A stretch of 64,000 nucleotides of DNA, taken from assembly GCA_965240325.2 (NCBI GenBank), contig OZ251223.1:3100001-3164000 (forward strand), written 5' to 3'. Source of the stretch: Rebecca billardiae RCC1528 (Eukaryota > Protista > Haptophyta). The position numbers and the translations under genes are program-made. The notes beneath the pieces are model-generated. The model was not told the origin of the DNA. It searched no databases and worked only from the letters and a program-made list of their open reading frames with translations. Shown here piece after piece: positions 11,190 through 19,694 of this stretch. The first letter of the stretch is position 1; every line of letters begins with the position of its first letter.

Positions 11190-11220
11190 AGCAATGCCCC
11201 CCCCAGGGGGGGGCATTGCT
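11190..11220. repeat. Perfect 15-bp inverted repeat with 1-nt loop
   Basis: AGCAATGCCCCCCCC-A-GGGGGGGGCATTGCT. Confidence 0.9.
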
Positions 11221-11482
11221 TTCGGGAGCGTGTGGCAGGATCCCGGGACCGCCCTTGATGGTCCCTTGAATCTCCTCAATCACATGTGATTGTGTCAATA
11301 GACTGGCTGGTTGATGAATGATTTACAGCTTCGACAGATTCAACGCAGTTGCCAGTTGAGCGGGTACACTTATTCATGGTTGATCTCGCCAAGGGAGATC
11401 ATCATGATGATTTTTCTTTTCCACAAAAAAACCCAACAGTTGGCGAGCGCCCGCGCGGCTGCCCCGGCTGCGGAGCGCCAGC

Positions 11483-11857
11483 ATGGCAGACTGCCGCCTC
11501 TATGCGCTCGCCTTCGTCACCACGTTGTCGTCGACCGTGAGTCTCGGCTCGGCGCAGGAGGTGAAGGTGTGTTGCCAGAGCGCGGATGTCGCCTGCCGAG
11601 CATGCAACGAGGGCCTCACCGTCGACGAGTATTGCCGGCGCCGTTCGCTCGCAAGCGGCTGTCCTGGGGCAGGTGGCGCCATCTTTGGCATCGTCGTCGC
11701 CTGCCTGGTCTTCGTCGGCGCGGTCGCGGCGGCCATCTACTGGCGCGAACGGATCGCTGTGGAAGTACAAAAGCTCTACGCCACCTACCAACTCAAGATG
11801 GCGCGAGAGAAGGCCCTAAAAACCTCGTCGGGTGTCGAGACAGCTACGCGTGCATGA
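11483..11857 (+). CDS. Small single-pass membrane protein with a Cys-rich extracellular module
   Basis: Signal peptide, then CCQSADVACRACNEGLTVDEYCRRRSLASGC (6 Cys), a TM helix AIFGIVVACLVFVGAVAAAIYW and a short cytosolic tail. Codon usage looks coding. Confidence 0.7.
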   Translation: MADCRLYALAFVTTLSSTVSLGSAQEVKVCCQSADVACRACNEGLTVDEYCRRRSLASGCPGAGGAIFGIVVACLVFVGAVAAAIYWRERIAVEVQKLYATYQLKMAREKALKTSSGVETATRA

Positions 11858-13682
11858 GCCATTGAACCTGGTGGGACCGTTCTCCATCCTGCCCACGGCG
11901 TCGCATGGCGCTCAAGCACGCCGCAGCCTCACTGATCGCTTTACTCGCATGTGGTCCCAGCAGCCTCCACAGTCGCGCCGGTGCGAAGAGTCCCGAGAAC
12001 GTCGGGTGTCACCGATCTCGCGCCGAGTGCGCGGACCGGATACTACGCGGCTAATTAGTCGCGCGGACGTCTGGGGAGCCTATCGAGCTCGGCGGCCTGC
12101 AAAGTTTAATAAGCAGCAGTCAGCTGCTGATGACCCTGATGTCACGGCCTGTCTGTGCCCATAGTGCCCCTTCGCGATTTCGCGGCCCTGCTGGGACCGC
12201 GTCTCACGGGTGACGGGCTCCGGCTGGCCGAGTAGTGAGTGGCCGCGCCGCCTGTCGGACCCGCGACTCTCCGCGCGGTCCGCCGACTCCGCCGTGACCC
12301 CGGCAGCTGCTCCGTTACGTCTTGGCCCCGAGCCGAAGTCAACCAAGCGGACCATGCAGCCGAGTCCCTTCCCGGCTTCCGACCCCCGATTGATGACTAC
12401 TTCAAGTTCAACGAGAAATGTCGCATCCGACCACCTCACCCAATAGGTTCAGACTCTATTTTTACTATCTATGTAATTACCCGTCCCTTACTCAGATTTC
12501 AGCACAGTCCGGGAGCGTTCCGGACACCTGTATGCATATGCGAAAATGATACCCGGACTGGGTATTTAGTTGTAGAAAATAGAATCTGAACCTATTGGAG
12601 GTGTGGCTGATGCATGATCCATATCTGGCCGTAATATCGTCCAAGGGACCGCCTGGGGTGGGCTAGGAGCTATTGTAGATCATCAGAGGCGGCGATCCCG
12701 CCGATTGCAGTGTCAAGATGTAATGCTCCACTGACCGGACTGGGGGGGGTGGACCGAAGCCGGAGCCGACGAGCCAGCCCGCCACTTGACAGCACTCGGT
12801 AACTCCGAGCAGTGTCCGCGAGACCGAATTTGTAGCATGTGACTTGTTGAGTTGTGTCAACTTGTCACGAGTTCATTTGACATGGACAGACATTTAGTCC
12901 GATTGAGCGCCCGCCAGGCGGCCCACGCCGGACGCCCCGGGGCAGCAGACGTCCGGGGCGCGGACCGCCGGACCCGTGTCCGGTGTCGGGCAGGCACCGC
13001 AGTCTGCACTGACTGACAGCACTGTCAGTGACACTCTCTACTTCTAGATAGTAGACACTCTACACAGTACACTACAGCCGCCCGGCGGGCGCCGAGTGCT
13101 CACTCGTCACTACGAAGATCGACTGAAATTGTGCGACTGGCCGCGCCGCGACGACACCATATGGCACTATCACTCACTCACCGTTTATTTTTTAAAAAAG
13201 TCACAGACTACTCACTCTGTCCGTGTCTGCGGAGCCGACGGGAGCCCGGTGCCCCGGATGCCGTCCGTAGAATGACCGCGACCGCGTTACAACTTTATAT
13301 TTAGTATAAAAATCGTCGCGTCATGAGAAGCGTGACCCGCCGCCACCGGTCGTCTAATCTGAATTATTATTAACATTTAAATTATTTTCCGGATAACCGT
13401 ATCGTCCGCGGATTCGCCGCGCCACGCCGCGGGCCCGCCCGAGCCCGACAGGGCGAGCACTGAGCAGGTGCCTCGCGCCTTCTCGAGCGCCGCTGTGAAG
13501 TGCGAGCTGCTGGCCGCTGGGTGTCGCCTGCTGTCGGACCGAGTCCGAGCGCGTCAGCGCCTCAGCACACGAACACGTCGGAGTCGTCGCGACGTACAGT
13601 CACAGTCCGCGTATGTTTCACGGAAGTCTGCGCGCGCGCCAGATATTCAGTGTCTCGCCTGCTCGTCCTCGAACGCTGCTGG

Positions 13683-14543
13683 CTAATCGTCCACATCGTC
13701 CGAGTCGTCCTCGTCGGCTGCGCTTGCCGACGCGGACGACGTCCCATTCGGACCGCCTGCGCCCTTGCGTGCAGACCATGGCACGTGCTCATGTGGGAAG
13801 GTGCGTGTGCAGCCCTTCCGGCCGCAGAACGAGGAAGCCTCGGCATCGCCATCATCATCGCTGCCGTCCAGGTCGACACTCACCCGCTTGAGGAATGCCT
13901 GCACGAGCTCGGCAATATCGTCAACGTCCGAGCCCGCGGGAAGCTCGGGCAGGGATGACACAAAGCGCCCCCCCCGGAACGCAGCCATGGACAGCCGGGT
14001 TGGCACATTGCCGATGCGAGCCAGCAGGGCATCGTGACGAGCGCAGCGGTACAGCTTGGACCGCGGGAACATGGGCGCCAGGCGGGAGAGGACGTCATCG
14101 GCATAGCGTGTGCGCTCGTCGCCCTCGACCGCGAGGTGCACGACGGACACATGCGCGCCGCGCAGCTGCGGCAGGGACGAGTTGCTGTCCTCGAGGATGC
14201 AATAAGCACCAAAGCCCTCAGCGCGCTGCTCCCGCGCGCGCGCAGCGTCGTCGCGCATGGCCTGCAGCCTCTTCGCGCGCATGGCCTCGAATGCCGCATC
14301 GTCGTCCTCGTCGAAGTCGTCCTCATCCTCGTCAGCCGCACCGCCCCCCTGGTGCGCGCAGCATGGCTCCGAGCAGCACGGCCCGCAATGAATCTCCTGC
14401 CGCCCAAGTGCTCGAGGCATGAGTCGGCGCTCTTGCGCCTGTGTCAGCTCGCGGCGCGCGTCGCGCAGCCGTGCAAACTCGTGCTCCTTCTGGCAGCAGG
14501 AGCTGAGCGGCGCATCTCTCAAGAGAGATTCCCCGTCGTCCAT
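13683..14543 (-). CDS. Phosducin-like (thioredoxin-fold) protein
   Basis: Acidic stretch, then FEAMRAKRLQAMR...EGFGAY, VVHL...DDVLSRLAPMFPRSKLYR, ...AAFRGGRFV. The C-terminus has CGRKGCTRTFPHEHV. The upstream part of the track ORF runs into a transposon, so the start is placed at MDDGESLL (14543). Confidence 0.75.
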   Translation of the reverse strand: MDDGESLLRDAPLSSCCQKEHEFARLRDARRELTQAQERRLMPRALGRQEIHCGPCCSEPCCAHQGGGAADEDEDDFDEDDDAAFEAMRAKRLQAMRDDAARAREQRAEGFGAYCILEDSNSSLPQLRGAHVSVVHLAVEGDERTRYADDVLSRLAPMFPRSKLYRCARHDALLARIGNVPTRLSMAAFRGGRFVSSLPELPAGSDVDDIAELVQAFLKRVSVDLDGSDDDGDAEASSFCGRKGCTRTFPHEHVPWSARKGAGGPNGTSSASASAADEDDSDDVDD

Positions 14544-14630
14544 CGCGCCCAGCGAGGCAGCGACCGTGATCGCGTGACGCGCCCCGAACTCTTTGTCTGT
14601 ACGTACCAGCTGTTCTCGCGCCTGTCTGAG

Positions 14631-16983
14631 GGCTTCATCCGGTTGCCACATTAAGCCTTGACCACCTGCCACATTAAGGGCCCCGCGACCGGCTGCCACA
14701 TTAAGGCGACCGGCTGCCACATTAAGGATCCGCGCCAACGCTCGCACGGCCACCGACACGCCACGCGCGGAGCGATGCGCCGATGGTCTTCGGCTCGGTC
14801 GCAAACGTCCTGAACCGCGCTGGCCTGGTCAGTCGCCCTTTGCTCGACGCAGTCGTGCACTGGCCGGCGGAGGCAGTGGCGCCGGGCGTCGGGAAGCACT
14901 TCGAGTTCCTCGGTGAGGCTGGCGAGCCCGCGCCCGACAAGAAGCAGCGTGGCGGCGCGCGCGCGCCGTGCTCGCGGTGAAGTACGTGCTGCTCGCGAAG
15001 GGAAAGCAGTTCAAGCAGGGACACCTCGAGCACTCGGTAGATGATCTCGCCGTGCTCGCCGCTGACGGCCAGCGTGCGAAGCGCGCTGCTGGCATACACG
15101 GCGTTGAGCAGGTCACCGTGCGAGAGTGCTCCGTCAGACCCGTGGCCAAGGCCCTTGTCGATCAGCTGCGCTGAAGGGCGCGCGCAAGAGTGCGTGATGG
15201 AGGTCAGTTCCAGGCAGGCTCCATGTTGGCTGCAGCGCTGCGTCTGCGCAGCATGCCCCCGCACGCGCGTCTGCGGGCGCACGCCTGCGCTCATCTGCAA
15301 CCTGCGCTCGAGCTCAGCCTTGAGCGCGCTCAGCGTGCCCTTCAGCAGCTCGAGCTGTTCCTCCTTGCGCCGCGCGTCCGCGTGCGCCGCGAGTAGGTGC
15401 TTGTTCAGCGGCTGCACCTGCACCGCCGCGTGCTCGACGCTTGCCTCGACCACCTCAACACGCACGCGCTCGCCGACGCGCTCCAGGGACTGCTGCGTCA
15501 GCTCATGCGCACAGTGGAGCGCCAGAGCGACACCTCCGCGCCGTCCACAGCGCTTATCGCCGGGCTGAGCGCTATGGAGAGCTACACGTGTGCCGAGGGC
15601 TCGAGCCCGACGACACGAACGCAGTTCACCTCGCTGTACGACGAACGCCACCTCGAGCGCACGAGCGCATGCGTCTACAGCGGGAGCACCGACGGCCGCT
15701 CCGGCAGGCTCGCCGCCGACTTCCCCAGTAGTAACTAGCATATCAAAGCCGTCTTCGGTAGCGCGCGAGGCTGGCTACAATACGGTGATGCTACACAACA
15801 TGGGTTGCGTCACGCGCAGCACCACACGAGCGGCCGGCAGCGGCGTACCATCGGCTGAGCTGTTCCTGAGTCACTGTTCCTCTGCAGAGGAACGTGCACG
15901 CGCGCGTCGACGAGCACTTACGCGCTCCGCGGCCTTCGGCACCTTGACATCATTGCGCGTGCGCATGACAGGCGCGGATGGTTGCGCACTTGCGTGTCCG
16001 TTAGCGGCGCGCACGATCCGCGAGCACCGTCCGCCGGGGCCTTGCCATTGTCGACCTTGGACGGCGCACGGCGCACGGCGGCGCGCTCGCAGATTCGGTC
16101 GGGTAGCCCTCGCTGGACATGTGCTGGCCTCTGTTGCTCCGCTGCTCATCGGACCGGGTGCCAATCAGTGGCCCACAATTGACGACCCGTTCGCCTGCCC
16201 CGCATGCTCGCACACGGGATGACTCAGCCTGGAGCCACCCCGGTCGAGATTTCGGGATGTCAAAGCAGTGGCCGAGCATGCGCTCAAGCGCTCTCGTCCG
16301 CATGGAGCGTGACCTCTACCGTTCTACCGTCTGAGCGTCTGCCGTCACATGAGTCGGACAAGTCCCCAAAGCTGGGTGCAACCAGTCCATCGGGAGTAGC
16401 CGCCAGGCCTCCCGCCACCACCGCAGCCGCGCCGCCCAGGGTTGTGAGTCCTGGGATTACCCGGGGTGGTCAGGCTGGCGCGCACGCTCGCGGACGCTTG
16501 GAACCCGCGCTCCCGCGCTGCGTCGCGTGTCACCCCTCGATCGTCGCCCCACCGCCACCTCTTCCATCCCATCACCACCTCTTCCTCGACATCCTCGGCC
16601 TTCGCCGCCGCACCGACGCCCCCGCGCGCGGCCGCTGTGGCAGCGGGCGATCCGCGTGCGCTGCGCCGCCGCGCCGCCGCGCCGCCCAGAGTTGTGCAGC
16701 GCGGCCTGTGAGTCCTGCGAGCTGCCCTGTGTGGTCAGGCTGGTGCGCACGCTCGCGAACGCTTCGAACACTCGCTGCATAGCGTGTCGCCCCTCGATCG
16801 CCGCCCCACCGCCGCGTTTTCCTCCACGCACGGCGGCCGTCGCCGCCGCACGAGCGCCCCGCTCGCGGGCCGCGCGCCTTAATGTGGTGGCGGGATCCTT
16901 AATGTGGCAGTGGTCAACCGTCTGCCACATTAAGGCTTAATGTGGTGGCGGGATTCGGCTTAATGTGGTAACCGGCTGAAGTC
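14631..16983. mobile_element. Non-autonomous MULE-like element with subterminal GCCACATTAAG repeats
   Basis: TIRs GGCTTCATCCGGTTGCCACATTAAGCC and (reverse complement) GACTTCAGCCGGTTACCACATTAAGCC. A 9-bp TSD CTGTCTGAG lies at 14622-14630 and 16984-16992. There are 4-5 CCACATTAAG units at each end, a broken coding-like interior and a diverged internal duplication (~16430-16560 vs ~16680-16815). Confidence 0.8.
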
Positions 16984-17039
16984 CTGTCTGAGCTGTGACC
17001 CTGTGTTCGTCTTATTCTGAGAGTAAACTGATGTCGTCG

Positions 17040-17405
17040 TACAGTTTACTATGTTTTAAGGCGTGATTGACGCCATCATATCCAACACTGCACAACAGAC
17101 ACCGCCACAAAACAGACCGGCGCAGGCAGGTGAGGGGCGCGTTGCCGCACCTCATCGAGGCGGCCATTGCAGCAAGCGGCCGCCCCGCGCTCGGCTGCGG
17201 AGGCACGCGCTCGAGAGCGCGCAGTACGCCCTTCCCGAACGTGCCAGCCCACGGTGGCGGCATATTATTCCCATCGCGCGGGTGGAAAAGTTACCAAAAT
17301 AAGTATATTATTATTCCTGCGCTCATGATTGATCGTCGTCATACGGGCGTCGATCTCGCCTGCCTGAGCTGTAGTGTGCGTCTCTTATTCTTAGTAAACG
17401 ACTGT
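17040..17405. mobile_element. MITE, Tc1/mariner-like (TA-CAGT termini)
   Basis: Left end TACAGTTTACTATG...GGCGTGATTGACG; the right end is the reverse complement of the dispersed 58-bp repeat. About 365 bp, non-coding. Confidence 0.6.
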
Positions 17406-17643
17406 CATATCATCGTCCGCCGATTGGCGATGAATTATTCCGCGCCGGGCTCAGGCTGCTGGCCCGCCGCTGTGTTATTCCTCACTACAGCGCATAAATA
17501 AGTAAGTAGAGTAACTTATAATAATACGAGCAGCTATTATTAAGTATATATATATATATGTATCATATAGTTCTTAGTCGTGCTGAGTACCGAGTCAGTC
17601 TGGTCACACACAATCCAGCCCGGGAGCGGTACCGTAACCGCTG

Positions 17644-19524
17644 TCACCTGAGCAGGCTGAGGGCGCAGTTGACGATCGGGCACTGCCGCCGACGTGAATC
17701 AGGAGATCGACCTGCGCCGTCCTTCCTAGCTGTGTCGTTAAAACTTAAATCATAGCAGAATAATGAGTGAAGCTCACCGCCGGACCGACAGCTCGCTCGA
17801 CCCAAGGCTGGCCAAGGCTGGACCATCTGTGCGAGCACCGCGCGCAGCTCGCGCGGGCTCGCGCCGCCCAGCTGCAGTACATAGTCCTCGCACGCTTGGC
17901 GCAGCTCCTCCGCGCTCGACATCATCGCCGCCGCGTGAAGCGGCGCCACCGTCTCGCGATCGATGTGCGGCACGAGCGCGCGCTCGCACAACAGCGCAAG
18001 CGGCGGCACCTCCGCCTCGCGGCCCTCCGCCTTCTCGCGCGAGCTAGCAGGCGGCTCCCAGGTGCCCCGCAGCCGAGCCAGGGTCTGGGTGCTCACGGCG
18101 GCGCCGCGCGAGATGAGCACGGCGCACACGTCGACGCACGCGCACAGCGCCGGCCGGCCAAGTGCCATCGCGTGCGGGAAGAGGGCCACGGTGAGCGCGA
18201 GGGGCGTGCGCTGGCTCCCATCGGCCGTGTTCGGATCAGCGCCGCCGCCGAGGAGCTGCACGCAGATGGCCCCGGCCGCCGTGGCCTGGGGCTCGAGCGG
18301 TCCTGGCAGCGGCCCTGCGCACCCCTCGAGCCAGCCCCCCCACGGGAGCTCTTGGCCAAACGCCGCGCACAGGCTGTGCAGCGGCGTGTGGCCGTGCGCG
18401 TCACGTAGCCGCGTCAGCCTCCTGGCCGCGCCGCCGCCGAGCTCGGAGAGGATGCAGCGCACGGCGCGCACGTTGAGCCACGCGGCGCCGGCGTGCAGCG
18501 GCGTCGCGCCGGCGGTGTCTCGCGCCTCGGGGTCGGCGCGCGCGCGCAGCAGCAGCGCGGCGCACTCGCCCGAGAGGTCGCGCGTCGCAGCCCTGTGCAG
18601 CGGGGCGCTGCCGCACCGCTTGGCGCGCGCGCCCGCGTCAGCGCCGCGCGCGAGCAGCGCCCGGACGCACGTCGCGCACGCCTGCTCGGAGGCGGCGTGG
18701 AGATACGAGAACCCGCCGCTCCGATGGCGCGTCTGCGCGCCGTCGACCGTCACGTCCGCGCGCAGCAGCAGCCGCACGCACTCGCACCGCTCGGGCGTGT
18801 GCGCGCGCTCGAGGCAGGCCATGAGCGGCGTGGAGCCGAGCCGGCTGCGCACGGTGCCCGTCGCTGCGCCTGCGCCGTGCGCGAGCAGGAGCTCGACGGC
18901 GGGGCTGATGCCGAGCGCGCACGCCACGTGCAGCGCGCTCTGCGTGTGCACGCCGTCGACCGCGTTCACTGACGCCCTCGCGCTGAGCAGCAGCGCCACG
19001 AGCGATGCGGACGTCTCGGCCTCGCCCTCGCGCACGGCGAGGTGGAGCAGAGGCACGCCACTCGGGGCGTCCGCGGGCGCGCGCGTCCTCGCGTCGGTCA
19101 CGCGGGCCGAGGCGAGCTGCTGCGCGGCGGTGCCGGCGGCACGCAGGCAGGTGCGTGCGCTGGCCACATTGGCGCGCACGAGCGCGTCGGCAAGTGCTCG
19201 CGTGAGCACCTCGAGTCGCTCCTCGCGCGCGCAGCCGTAGAGGATGTGCTCGCCCTGCAGGGACGTCGCCGACGCCCTGGGCGCAGCGTCGCAGCCCTCC
19301 AGCCATTCAGCTCTGCTCGAGTCGTGCTCGTGTTGCGCCACTCTCCGCGGCTCGCACGCAGTCGCCACCATTGCGGCATGCGCCGTCTCGGGCGGTGGGC
19401 AATGCGAGCTCGTACGCGTATCACCCCTCCCATTCACTCGCCATCCGCCTTTCGTGCCTCGCGGGGCCCTGTGCGACGAATAGCGCAAGGCCTCGTTGGC
19501 GCCGCTCGCGGCCGGAGCGGACAT
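17644..19524 (-). CDS. Ankyrin-repeat protein with a C-terminal BTB/BACK-like helical segment
   Basis: Multiple TPLH/SALH...LLL..GA.VN repeats. The C-terminal segment LALLCERALVPHIDRETVAPLHAAAMMSSAEELRQACEDYVLQ is BACK-like. Both ends are uncertain. Confidence 0.75.
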   Translation of the reverse strand: MSAPAASGANEALRYSSHRAPRGTKGGWRVNGRGDTRTSSHCPPPETAHAAMVATACEPRRVAQHEHDSSRAEWLEGCDAAPRASATSLQGEHILYGCAREERLEVLTRALADALVRANVASARTCLRAAGTAAQQLASARVTDARTRAPADAPSGVPLLHLAVREGEAETSASLVALLLSARASVNAVDGVHTQSALHVACALGISPAVELLLAHGAGAATGTVRSRLGSTPLMACLERAHTPERCECVRLLLRADVTVDGAQTRHRSGGFSYLHAASEQACATCVRALLARGADAGARAKRCGSAPLHRAATRDLSGECAALLLRARADPEARDTAGATPLHAGAAWLNVRAVRCILSELGGGAARRLTRLRDAHGHTPLHSLCAAFGQELPWGGWLEGCAGPLPGPLEPQATAAGAICVQLLGGGADPNTADGSQRTPLALTVALFPHAMALGRPALCACVDVCAVLISRGAAVSTQTLARLRGTWEPPASSREKAEGREAEVPPLALLCERALVPHIDRETVAPLHAAAMMSSAEELRQACEDYVLQLGGASPRELRAVLAQMVQPWPALGRASCRSGGELHSLFCYDLSFNDTARKDGAGRSPDSRRRQCPIVNCALSLLR

Positions 19525-19694
19525 GTCTGCCGATCGAATAAAAGATGCAAGCAAGCAAGCTCATGAAGAGATTTTCCGGAGTCCAGAGCTGCACAGCACC
19601 GGACGCACGGGTTGCGCCCAGCCGGCAGACATCTCGGCAGCGGCGGCGTCGGCTGCGCAGCCCGCGCCCGTGGCCGCGGCGGCGAGCGGCCGAG

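Noticed and set aside
14641-14727. CRISPR-like spaced repeats (GCCACATTAAG)
   Set aside because: The units are only ~11 bp, the spacers are short and similar, the array is mirrored at 16877-16970, and there are no cas genes. These are subterminal transposon repeats.
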